From: Flavobacteriaceae bacterium UBA4022
Lineage (GTDB): Bacteria; Bacteroidota; Bacteroidia; Flavobacteriales; Flavobacteriaceae
Assembly: GCA_002384055.1 (NCBI GenBank)
Contig: DGAU01000003.1
Span: 5,931-69,930 of the forward strand
Length of the DNA stretch: 64,000 nucleotides
Reading direction: 5' to 3'
The notes beneath the pieces are model-generated. The model saw only the letters and a list, made by a program, of their open reading frames with translations. It did no database searches and had not been told where the DNA came from. Position 1 is the first letter of the stretch. Every line of letters starts with the position of its first letter. The position numbers and the translations under genes were made by a program. Shown here piece after piece: positions 46,201 to 53,948 of this stretch.

Positions 46201-47103
46201 TTAAACTTTATCACTAAGGTAACGCGCGATTCCACGCGCCAAAAAAACTGCCGATTCGGGACACGCCCGCACCCATAATTCGGGCTCAATAATTTCGAGT
46301 TCGGACACCATCGGCTGATCAAGATCATCCCAAACAACATCTACGCGTCCGTAAGCCGGTGTTGGCTGGCATAAAGCCATGACTTTTTCGGCCAAAGCCA
46401 CTTCTTGAGTACTGGCTTGATAAGGATGCACCGTGCCGCCAAAATCATCTTGAACACGAAAATCGCCAGGCTTTGCTTTTTTGAGAACAGCATGGGTAAA
46501 AGTGCCGTCAAAAACCATAAGCGAAATCTCCCCTTTGGTGGTGATGCGCTCAATATATCCTTGTACCAGCATATCGCGCTGACCCACCAAATCATCAAAT
46601 AATTCCTGGGCCTTAAGCAGTCCTTCTGCCTCAATTTTGTAGGTCAAAAAGCCGCCGCCTGCAATGGCCGGTTTAATTACCACTGTACCCCAGCCTTGTC
46701 CCTGAGCAATAGCCGCAAGGGATTCAGGCTTGTTCTTGTCCACAAATACAGTCGGCACTACTGGGACACCCCATTGGGCCAAATCTTTGAGGTAATGCTT
46801 GTCAATATTCCATTGAATGAGCTCCATTGGATTAATGAGTTTGGTCTGGGTTTGAACCTTTTGAAGCCAAGGCCAAAAGGTGTCAAAGCGTTCAAAATAA
46901 TCCCATATCGTTCGAAAAACAACCGCTTTGGTTTGGGTCCAATCATAGCTTGGATCGTCCCAATAGGTGCGTGCCACACTTAACCCCCTGGCTTGCAAAG
47001 CCTCCTTGAGGTATTGATACTCCAATAGTATGTTGTCGGTGTAGGCACTGGCCTCTTTGGGCTGGTAATAGGCCTTACACGTCAGAATAGTAACATCGAC
47101 CAT
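46201..47103 (-). CDS. ATP-grasp domain protein (RimK/glutathione-synthetase-like)
   Basis: 300 aa. Motifs VVIKPAIAGGG, MLVQGYIERI and EISLMVFDG are typical of the ATP-grasp fold. Confidence 0.65.
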   Translation of the reverse strand: MVDVTILTCKAYYQPKEASAYTDNILLEYQYLKEALQARGLSVARTYWDDPSYDWTQTKAVVFRTIWDYFERFDTFWPWLQKVQTQTKLINPMELIQWNIDKHYLKDLAQWGVPVVPTVFVDKNKPESLAAIAQGQGWGTVVIKPAIAGGGFLTYKIEAEGLLKAQELFDDLVGQRDMLVQGYIERITTKGEISLMVFDGTFTHAVLKKAKPGDFRVQDDFGGTVHPYQASTQEVALAEKVMALCQPTPAYGRVDVVWDDLDQPMVSELEIIEPELWVRACPESAVFLARGIARYLSDKV

Positions 47104-47187
47104 CTTAACTTTATTAAGTCTTCGAAGTTATTTTTATTTTTTCATATGGACTAAAAAAGCCTGTATCTTTATATAAATCTTTTTGAT

Positions 47188-47619
47188 ATGAAACCACTAT
47201 TTTTTGGGCTCTTTTGTTTGCTATCGACCATGAGTTGGGGGCAAAATGACCCGGAGGCCGTTGCCGCCATCAAACAAGTCATGCAGCAACAAGAAGAGGC
47301 TTGGAGCCAACATGATATAGACGGCTTTATGGCCGGCTATTGGCAGAGTGATTCATTGAAATTCTTTGGCAGTAACGGTGTGACCACAGGCTGGCAAAAC
47401 ACGCGAGACAATTACAAGAAATCGTACCCAACACCTCAAGACACAGGGATTCTTTCATTTACCTTTGAAGACATCAGCGCGATCAATCCTGAGGCCTATT
47501 GGGTCATGGGGCGCTATCATCTGGCTCGAGATCAAGGTGAGGCAGAAGGCACCTTTATGATTATTTTCAAAAAAATAAAAGGAGAATGGCGGATTGTTGC
47601 CGACATGAGTTGTGGATAA
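47188..47619 (+). CDS. Secreted SnoaL-like / DUF4440 (NTF2-fold) protein
   Basis: Signal peptide, then an EEAWSQHDIDGFMAGYW...FKKIKGEWRIV pattern typical of the NTF2-like fold. Confidence 0.6.
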   Translation: MKPLFFGLFCLLSTMSWGQNDPEAVAAIKQVMQQQEEAWSQHDIDGFMAGYWQSDSLKFFGSNGVTTGWQNTRDNYKKSYPTPQDTGILSFTFEDISAINPEAYWVMGRYHLARDQGEAEGTFMIIFKKIKGEWRIVADMSCG

Positions 47620-47632
47620 AATCTGAGTCCTG

Positions 47633-48001
47633 TTACTCCGCGTCGCCCCTTAAAAGCAGTCGTTGTTTTTTGGTCAAACTTTGGGCCACCAAATCATAAG
47701 AATCGTCAATCCACTGGAACAGATATTTGGGCTTGAGCGGAGACATAACCACAATGGTATTCCAATGATTTTTGTTCATGTGATAGCCAGGCAAAACCAA
47801 ACCATTGTATTGATCTCTTAGTTCCAAAGCGATTTCGGGTGCACACTTTAAGTTAATGCGCAAGGGTTGTGCCTCTAAAGAAAATAAAGCAAACATTTTA
47901 CCAGCCACCTTAAAAACTAAAGTATCTGCGTCAAAAGGGAAGGATTCGGTCACGGCTTTTTTTGCCAGACAATAGGTTCTTATTTGTTCTACATCAACCA
48001 T
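47633..48001 (-). CDS. MmcQ/YjbR-family protein
   Basis: 122 aa: YCLAKKAVTESFPFDADTLVFKVAGKMFA...PGYHMNKNHWNT. Confidence 0.7.
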   Translation of the reverse strand: MVDVEQIRTYCLAKKAVTESFPFDADTLVFKVAGKMFALFSLEAQPLRINLKCAPEIALELRDQYNGLVLPGYHMNKNHWNTIVVMSPLKPKYLFQWIDDSYDLVAQSLTKKQRLLLRGDAE

Positions 48002-48007
48002 AAAACA

Positions 48008-48766
48008 TCACTGTTTTGGATGCAAAGCGTATAGCAACGGGCGGGACAATGTCGCATCATTCTCGATTGCTGCTGTCTGTAATTCGAGTAGATAGCGCCC
48101 ATCGACTACAGTGTCGGGTACATAAATAAATTCTGTGATTGTGGCCCCGTAACGTGGGGCATCAGGGATTTGCCAAAAAGCGCGGTGGGCCAATAGGGCG
48201 CCTTGATCCTCTTCGGGATCGACCGAAGGCAAATCGATCAGTAGGTGCATTACTCCCAGTTCGGCCAATGCTTTTGCGGCACTAGGTTCCAAAAAAGGCC
48301 AATGGGTATGATCGTAATTGGTCGTGAGTTTTTCTGGTGTATTGGGTCGTGTTCTGATCACCAGTGCCTGAGGAACTTCATCTCCTAACTCCCTGAGTAG
48401 GTCTTTTGTAGTGAGCAGCTGGTCCTTTCCGACTTTGGTGGGCGTCAGACTGATGAGTTGCGCCATAAAAAACGATTCCCTGAGGACTCCTTCAACTGAA
48501 TGAAAGGCTTCTGTAATATGCCCCAAGCACTCGGTATGGGTCCCATGGGCATGGGGATTGAACATTAAATCATTAAAATTGACCGAGCCGCCTTTAGCCA
48601 CGCTGCCCATCCAATCACCAAGAGCGACTGGTTTGCTGGTCGGCTTGTCGATGTACCAAGCCGAAGCTTGAGCCTGACCTTGGGTCTTGATCGCAATAGA
48701 AAGGTCAATGGCTTGGCTCGTTTCGATCCAATAAGCGTTTTCTCCTAAGTGCAGTCCTAACTTCAT
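48008..48766 (-). CDS. Cyclase-family (kynurenine-formamidase-like) protein
   Basis: His-rich metal motif NPHAHGTHTECLGH. Size and neighbouring residues are compatible with the putative cyclase family. Moderate confidence. Confidence 0.55.
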   Translation of the reverse strand: MKLGLHLGENAYWIETSQAIDLSIAIKTQGQAQASAWYIDKPTSKPVALGDWMGSVAKGGSVNFNDLMFNPHAHGTHTECLGHITEAFHSVEGVLRESFFMAQLISLTPTKVGKDQLLTTKDLLRELGDEVPQALVIRTRPNTPEKLTTNYDHTHWPFLEPSAAKALAELGVMHLLIDLPSVDPEEDQGALLAHRAFWQIPDAPRYGATITEFIYVPDTVVDGRYLLELQTAAIENDATLSRPLLYALHPKQ

Positions 48767-49896
48767 CTCTCTAAATTTAGTAAGAATAGATCACTTGCAA
48801 TTCCATCCGACAAAAATTTTCCCTTTCGGGTCACCACCAAATGCGTCCCTTTTTCGACCAACACACCAGATTTAAGGTGCTTTAGGGCATTATTATATAG
48901 CTTCGTGCGGACACTATGACCGAATTTCTGAGCAATTTCGTCTAATTGGACCCCTGCCGCTGTACGCAATCGGGTCATGATATATTCATTAAAATGATCC
49001 GCTGGGGATAACACTTCAAACTGAGAAGGCAATTCGTTTTTTGTGATGTCTCTGATGTAATGCAAATTATGTGCTTTATTCCAGCTTCTTTTCTTTTGAT
49101 CGTAACTGTGCGCCGAAGGACCGATGCCTAAATAAGGATGACCCGACCAATACGCCGTATTATTTCTGGAGTTAAAACCTGGCTTTCCAAAATTTGAAAA
49201 CTCATAGTTGCTGTAATTGTGCTGCTGGGCCCAATCCAAAAGGGCATAATAATGGGCTTGCGCTTGAACTTCGTCCAGAGGCGCTAGCTGGCCTTTTTTA
49301 ATAAAGGCGTCAAGAGCAGTTTTGGGCTCTTGTGTAAGGGCATAACAAGACAAGTGAGGTACATCAAACTTCTGGGCAACTCGCAAGTTTTGTGCCCAAT
49401 CGGCATCGCTTTGCCCCGGCAGGCCATAAATAAGATCCACACTATAGTTTTGAAACAATTCCGCTACATCTTCCAAAGCCTGTAGGGCCTGATCTGGGTT
49501 ATGGGCCCGATTCATCAAGGTTAGATCCTCTGCTTTAAACGACTGAATACCTAAGCTCAGACGATTAATTCCTGCTTCTTTTAAGGCCTGTAATTTTAGT
49601 GGAGTAATATCGTCTGGGTTGGCTTCCAGGGTGATCTCCGCATCAGGCGCTACTGCGTAATGATTGCGGGCTACCGTTAGCAAATCAATGATCTCCCTTG
49701 CCGAAAGTAAGGATGGCGTACCACCACCAAAATAAATGGTTTGGACCGGGAGCGAAAGCTCGTTGGCCCGCAAAATTAACTCGCGCTGCATCGCCGAGAT
49801 CATTTGGTCCTTATATTTAATAGAGGTCGAAAAGTGAAAGTCACAATAATGACAAGCCTGTTTACAAAAAGGAATATGAAAATAGAGCCCAGCCAT
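48763..49896 (-). CDS. hemW: Radical SAM heme chaperone HemW (HemN-like)
   Basis: YFHIPFCKQACHYCDFH (CX3CX2C), then IYFGGGTPS and GINRLSLGIQS. Confidence 0.85.
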   Translation of the reverse strand: MAGLYFHIPFCKQACHYCDFHFSTSIKYKDQMISAMQRELILRANELSLPVQTIYFGGGTPSLLSAREIIDLLTVARNHYAVAPDAEITLEANPDDITPLKLQALKEAGINRLSLGIQSFKAEDLTLMNRAHNPDQALQALEDVAELFQNYSVDLIYGLPGQSDADWAQNLRVAQKFDVPHLSCYALTQEPKTALDAFIKKGQLAPLDEVQAQAHYYALLDWAQQHNYSNYEFSNFGKPGFNSRNNTAYWSGHPYLGIGPSAHSYDQKKRSWNKAHNLHYIRDITKNELPSQFEVLSPADHFNEYIMTRLRTAAGVQLDEIAQKFGHSVRTKLYNNALKHLKSGVLVEKGTHLVVTRKGKFLSDGIASDLFLLNLER

Positions 49897-49907
49897 ATAT
49901 GCAGACC

Positions 49908-50468
49908 CTAACCGAGTCGGTCTTCGTTTTGTTTGATAAAGGCAGACCAGCCGGTATAAGCTGATGTTGTTTTGATGGATCCTGAATTATAAAAATGACA
50001 CACCGCCGCGGCCAATCCATCCGTACTATCAAGATTTTTGGGCAGTTCTTTGAGCTGTAACAAACTCTGCAGCATTTTCGCCACTTGTTCTTTGGACGCA
50101 TTACCATTTCCAGTAATGGCCATTTTAATTTTTTTGGGGGAATATTCTGTGATCGGCACTTCGCGACTCAAACCTGCGGCCATAGCAACACCTTGTGCTC
50201 TTCCTAATTTGAGCATCGACTGTACATTCTTGCCAAAAAAAGGAGCTTCAATAGCAATCTCATCGGGGTGATAAGTGTCTATAAGGGATATCGTCCGTTC
50301 AAAGATGTGCTTGAGTTTCACATAGTGATCGTCGTACTTGGACAACTTCAATTCGTTCAGTTGCATAAACTCCATAGACTTACCAACCACCTTAATAAGG
50401 CCAAATCCCATAATAGTGGTCCCCGGATCAATCCCTAATATGATGCGTTCGCTGGTCATGACGATCAA
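49908..50468 (-). CDS. ruvC: Crossover junction endodeoxyribonuclease RuvC
   Basis: RIILGIDPGTTIMGFG, IEAPFFGKN and LGRAQG motifs. The start could be the internal Met four codons in. Confidence 0.9.
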   Translation of the reverse strand: MIVMTSERIILGIDPGTTIMGFGLIKVVGKSMEFMQLNELKLSKYDDHYVKLKHIFERTISLIDTYHPDEIAIEAPFFGKNVQSMLKLGRAQGVAMAAGLSREVPITEYSPKKIKMAITGNGNASKEQVAKMLQSLLQLKELPKNLDSTDGLAAAVCHFYNSGSIKTTSAYTGWSAFIKQNEDRLG

Positions 50469-50490
50469 ATGTTTCTTAATTTAGCCAAGT

Positions 50491-51438
50491 ATGAATTACC
50501 TGTCTCACAAACTTAATGAATATGGCTGGTTTGCCCTAAAGGTTTCGGCCTTGATTGCGGCTGTGGTCATTGTGGTTCTAAAATGGCGTGCTACAACATC
50601 TGAGGTGATCCAAATGAGTTTAAATGTCTTTACTCTTGAGGCGCTTCCATGGGGGTTGCTTATCGTTATTTTAGCAAGCTTCAATTGGATTCTGATCATT
50701 ATTCAATGGCAATACAGCACCAAAGACTTAGCGCCCTTAAATTTTGTGGCTGCGGCCAAACAATGCTTCATTGCTTTTAACTGGGCCTTTATTACGCCCA
50801 GCCGCATTGGAGAATACGGGGCAAAAGCCGCCTTTTACCCATCAGAGCAGCGGCCACAAATTATAGCGCTTCAGGCCTGTATCCATGGGACCCAGCTTAT
50901 CGCCACAATAATATTTGGGGGGGTTGGTGTTTTGATCAATTCAGCGGTATTTCCTGGGGTCAACTTGGACATAACGCCTTGGTCCATTGGCCTGTGTGCT
51001 GCTGGCTTTATGAGCCTGTTTTTCCTTTTTTTATGGGTCAAACAAAAGCAACATCTCCAGGTGCTTTTCCTTAAATCCTTGAGGGCACTCCCCAGGAGAA
51101 AAGTAGCTCATATAATGGGCCTCTCACTTTTGCGCTACATCATCTTTAGCTTCATGTTCTTAATGATTTTTCGCTTCCTTGGCGCTGAAATTTCTCTGCT
51201 TATGGGTCTTTCGACAATTGCCTGTATTTATTTGTTCCAGGCCATCATTCCTGTTTTCAGCATGTTTGACGTAGTCATTAGAGGAAGCATTGCCTTGGTT
51301 CTTTTTACCCCATACGGACTAGATTCGGTATTGATATTATCGGCCATTTGTCTACAATGGACACTGAGCGCCCTTTGGCCTTTAGCCTTGGGTAGTATTT
51401 GGCAGATGACCACTTTAAACAAGCGCACATGGGCCTGA
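50491..51438 (+). CDS. Flippase-like / LPG-synthase-TM-domain membrane protein
   Basis: 315 aa with about 8 TM helices. The SRIGEYGAKA motif resembles the lysylphosphatidylglycerol-synthase TM region family. Confidence 0.55.
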   Translation: MNYLSHKLNEYGWFALKVSALIAAVVIVVLKWRATTSEVIQMSLNVFTLEALPWGLLIVILASFNWILIIIQWQYSTKDLAPLNFVAAAKQCFIAFNWAFITPSRIGEYGAKAAFYPSEQRPQIIALQACIHGTQLIATIIFGGVGVLINSAVFPGVNLDITPWSIGLCAAGFMSLFFLFLWVKQKQHLQVLFLKSLRALPRRKVAHIMGLSLLRYIIFSFMFLMIFRFLGAEISLLMGLSTIACIYLFQAIIPVFSMFDVVIRGSIALVLFTPYGLDSVLILSAICLQWTLSALWPLALGSIWQMTTLNKRTWA

Positions 51439-51540
51439 TGAGTCTCTTAATGTTACTGCCATTTATCATGACTCTCGCTCTATTGAGTCCTTGGGGGCGC
51501 TATGTTTGGAAAGCAAGGCGCTTTTAATCGCCCCTTGATC

Positions 51541-52011
51541 TTACTTCAGGGCCAATTGAAACGCATAACTTATTTGAATGGGCAAGCCCCGTTTATACGC
51601 GGGACTCAGCTCCAAATTTTGCAAGTCCTTTTGACTATTTTGTTGAATGACGACAAAGGCAGGATGACGCTCTAATAATTCTGGGGCAAAGGCCAAAACA
51701 AGTTCCCCCTGGTTTGAGACCTCAATGGTTACAGCTATTGTATCCGGCCGCTCATTTTTAGAGAAAACAGCCCCCTGGTCTATTGCCTTTTGAACGGCCT
51801 GAGTGATTGTAGACAAAAAACAATGCTCCTGATTTTCTTTAATCAAAATAGAGGTGCAGGCATTAAATGAAGGGTAAGTATCTACCGTACGCCAATTAAT
51901 TTCTGCAAGCTCCAAAGCCAGTATATCTTGCGGATCAACACGTTCATTAATTAGATGATTACAGCCGTACACCACCATTAAAAACATCACCATGACTACA
52001 AAACGGAACAT
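51541..52011 (-). CDS. Hypothetical lipoprotein
   Basis: N-terminal MFRFVVMVMFLMVVYGC lipobox. No family recognised. Confidence 0.5.
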   Translation of the reverse strand: MFRFVVMVMFLMVVYGCNHLINERVDPQDILALELAEINWRTVDTYPSFNACTSILIKENQEHCFLSTITQAVQKAIDQGAVFSKNERPDTIAVTIEVSNQGELVLAFAPELLERHPAFVVIQQNSQKDLQNLELSPAYKRGLPIQISYAFQLALK

Positions 52012-52159
52012 ACCCCAAATATTTTTTGATAAAAAACTATTTTTTTTCAGATTCTATTATAATAGTCTTATTAATGACTATTTTTAAGGCTTATGTATAA
52101 ACGATATATTTATTTTTATTTTCGAGATAAAGTATACATGTCGACAAAAAAACTAAATT

Positions 52160-52354
52160 ATGAAGATTTTGGTGATTGAGGAAGATAAAATCGCACAATT
52201 ACCGAAATCCAATCAGGGTGCTTTTCTGAGCCAAAATGAATCCACTTTCCTTCAAAATCCTTGGTATGCAAATGGACAAATTAGCTTAGAGAGAATTTAC
52301 AAAGATGGGAAAGAGTTTTCGAAATCTTGGGATGAGGTAGGTAATGAAATTTAA
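52160..52354 (+). CDS. Short MORN-variant (YwqK-like) repeat fragment
   Basis: 64 aa. WYANGQISLERIYKDGKEFSKSWDEVGN matches about 1.5 MORN-variant repeats. It is far shorter than typical family members and lies in AT-rich sequence, so it is probably a remnant. Confidence 0.35.
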   Translation: MKILVIEEDKIAQLPKSNQGAFLSQNESTFLQNPWYANGQISLERIYKDGKEFSKSWDEVGNEI

Positions 52355-52435
52355 ATACATGCAATTATTTTTTATTCGGCCCCTTTTTAGGTCCAAAAAC
52401 TTGGCAACTTGACGAACTTGAGAAGAAACAACTTT

Positions 52436-52557
52436 AAACAAAAAAAGCCCATCCAAATGGATAAGCTTCTCATTGGTCTATTTCTAAACCACATCTCTGT
52501 TCTCACAGAGACAACACAACACTTTTGTTGCGGTCTGGACGAGACTCGAACTCGCGA
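52436..52557 (-). repeat. Direct repeat copy A: displaced tRNA-Asp 3' fragment (27 nt) plus 95-nt terminator region
   Basis: Manual alignment gives 122/122 identity to 57980-58101. Nt 52531-52557 equal the T-arm/acceptor 3' end of tRNA-Asp, and identity stops abruptly at 52558. Confidence 0.85.
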
Positions 52558-52584
52558 AATTAACTTGCTTTACGCCTACATGCA

Positions 52585-52797
52585 TTACCCTAGTATAATG
52601 GTAAGTGACATCCCTAGTACAAGAAAGCCAATAATAGCATCTGATATTTCATTTTCAGTGGAATTTTTATAATTCCAAACTTCCTTAAAGTAAGTTCTTT
52701 TCCTATTTTTAAGAAGGTTGTATATATTTAAATATATAAATCTTACTCCAGCTCCAATTAAGCAAAAAATATAATGCCTTAAAATTATTGATACCAT
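52585..52797 (-). CDS. Small two-TM membrane protein (islet cargo)
   Basis: 70 aa with hydrophobic segments at both ends (IFCLIGAGVRFIYL, AIIGFLVLGMSLTIILG). Very AT-rich. Lies downstream of the 151-aa gene on the same strand. Confidence 0.4.
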   Translation of the reverse strand: MVSIILRHYIFCLIGAGVRFIYLNIYNLLKNRKRTYFKEVWNYKNSTENEISDAIIGFLVLGMSLTIILG

Positions 52798-52842
52798 TAG
52801 TCCGATTTGCTAAAAAGTTCGGTTTTAAGGGAAGCTTACATA

Positions 52843-53298
52843 CTACCAATTAATAGAAAAAAACTGCTTTTTTTTTATCTTCTTTCTAATCTTTATAAAA
52901 CCAATAAGAATAAATAACGGAGTTGTAAAACAAAAGTTAAAAAAGTAGAGCAAAATACAATCAAATAGAATACCTGACAGTATATATTTTACTATATCCA
53001 ATCTAGTTCTAAATTCTTTTTTCTTAATTAAGTATTGCCCAACAGGGAGTAAATAATTTTTATACAAAGACAAACTTGTTTCAAGTGTAATTAAACCATT
53101 TATACTTTTAACAGATGTAAAATACTCAAGAATATATCTTTTAAAAAGCTCCGTTTCAGAGTTGTTTAAGGACAATAGGCCATTTGTTAAATTTATAGTA
53201 GAGCGATAATGATACAACCTTCTTTCTCTTGAACTCAGCTTATTTAAATTAAAAATAAATTTTTCAAGTTCGTTTTTAATGTTGTTATTCGTTTCCAT
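52843..53298 (-). CDS. Hypothetical protein: about 100-aa soluble N-domain plus two C-terminal TM helices (islet cargo)
   Basis: 151 aa. C-terminus YILSGILFDCILLYFFNFCFTTPLFILIGFIKIRKKIKKK. No family recognised. Confidence 0.5.
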   Translation of the reverse strand: METNNNIKNELEKFIFNLNKLSSRERRLYHYRSTINLTNGLLSLNNSETELFKRYILEYFTSVKSINGLITLETSLSLYKNYLLPVGQYLIKKKEFRTRLDIVKYILSGILFDCILLYFFNFCFTTPLFILIGFIKIRKKIKKKQFFSINW

Positions 53299-53485
53299 AT
53301 AATTTCATATTTAGAATTTTGAAAGAATATCATCATAGAATTCATAAATCATTATTAAAGTTTTTCCTGGATCAACATTAATACTAGTTGGAGGAGGAAA
53401 CTGGAAATTCATCAAAGAATTTTGATTCTTGGTAAAATAATAATGAACTTGATTACCATATCTATAATTTAATGTTGAAACCCCC

Positions 53486-53511
53486 CGCTGCCGCGCGATT
53501 GTATCGCGTGG
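53486..53511. repeat. REP-like hairpin, left inverted repeat
   Basis: cgctgccgcgcgattgtatcgcgtgg. The internal palindrome is gcgcgat-tgt-atcgcg(t). Confidence 0.7.
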
Positions 53512-53581
53512 CTATTATTTTAGTAACTTCACCTTAAATATCTCCCCTCTAAAATAGCAAAATTAAAGCTACTGATAGAGT

Positions 53582-53686
53582 ATGAGTCGCAATTACAAAT
53601 TCCACAACCCTGAAGGTCTCTATTTCGTTAGCTTTGCCGTAGTGGAATGGCTGGATGGGATTATGGTGTTTCAGTACTTGGGGTGA
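53582..53686 (+). pseudogene. Truncated REP-associated tyrosine transposase (RAYT / IS200-like Y1) N-terminal remnant
   Basis: MSRNYKFHNPEGLYFVSFAVVEWLD matches the characteristic N-terminus of Bacteroidetes RAYT-type transposases (from memory: MSRxYKFHxxxGxYFVSFAxxxWIDVFTR...). After WLD it reads GIMVFQYLG-stop, so the HUH and Tyr motifs are absent. Confidence 0.6.
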
Positions 53687-53702
53687 TTCGGCAAAACTGT
53701 TA

Positions 53703-53728
53703 CCACGCGATGCAATCGCGCGGGAGCG
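53703..53728. repeat. REP-like hairpin, right inverted repeat
   Basis: ccacgcgatgcaatcgcgcgggagcg. This is the reverse complement of the left repeat with 2 mismatches. Confidence 0.7.
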
Positions 53729-53796
53729 TATGTAGACATCAAGAATGTCTACGCCTCACTGCTCACGCCTCACCCTTCACTGCGCCGAAGGCGCAT

Positions 53797-53925
53797 CCCC
53801 AAACAAAAAAAGCCCTTCCATCAGGAAAAGCTTCTCATTGGTCTATTACTAAACCACTTGCAGCATTTAAGCTGCCAACACAACATCTTTGTTGCGGTCT
53901 GGACGAGACTCTAGAACTGCGCCCA
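53797..53925 (-). repeat. Direct repeat copy B: diverged tRNA-Asp 3' fragment plus terminator region
   Basis: Aligns to 57976-58106. It has blocks of identity (ccccaaacaaaaaaagccc, aagcttctcattggtctatt, gttgcggtctggacgagactc) and roughly 80 percent identity overall by eye. Hairpin changes are compensatory, and the tRNA part is degenerate (ctctagaactgcgccc). Confidence 0.75.
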
Positions 53926-53948
53926 AACCCTTTATTTATAAGTGTTTA

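Larger units (their letters stand above)
53486..53728 (+). mobile_element. REP / truncated RAYT / REP relic (REPtron-like)
   Basis: 26-nt inverted repeats at 53486-53511 and 53703-53728 (24/26 complementary), each containing its own cgcgat..atcgcg hairpin. They flank a 34-codon remnant of an IS200-like Y1 transposase N-terminus. Confidence 0.55.

Noticed and set aside
52409-52672. 87-aa ORF spanning repeat copy A (and similarly 58183-58380 next to tRNA-Asp).
   Set aside because: These overlap the tRNA-derived or terminator repeat and the tRNA upstream region. No protein-like features are present.
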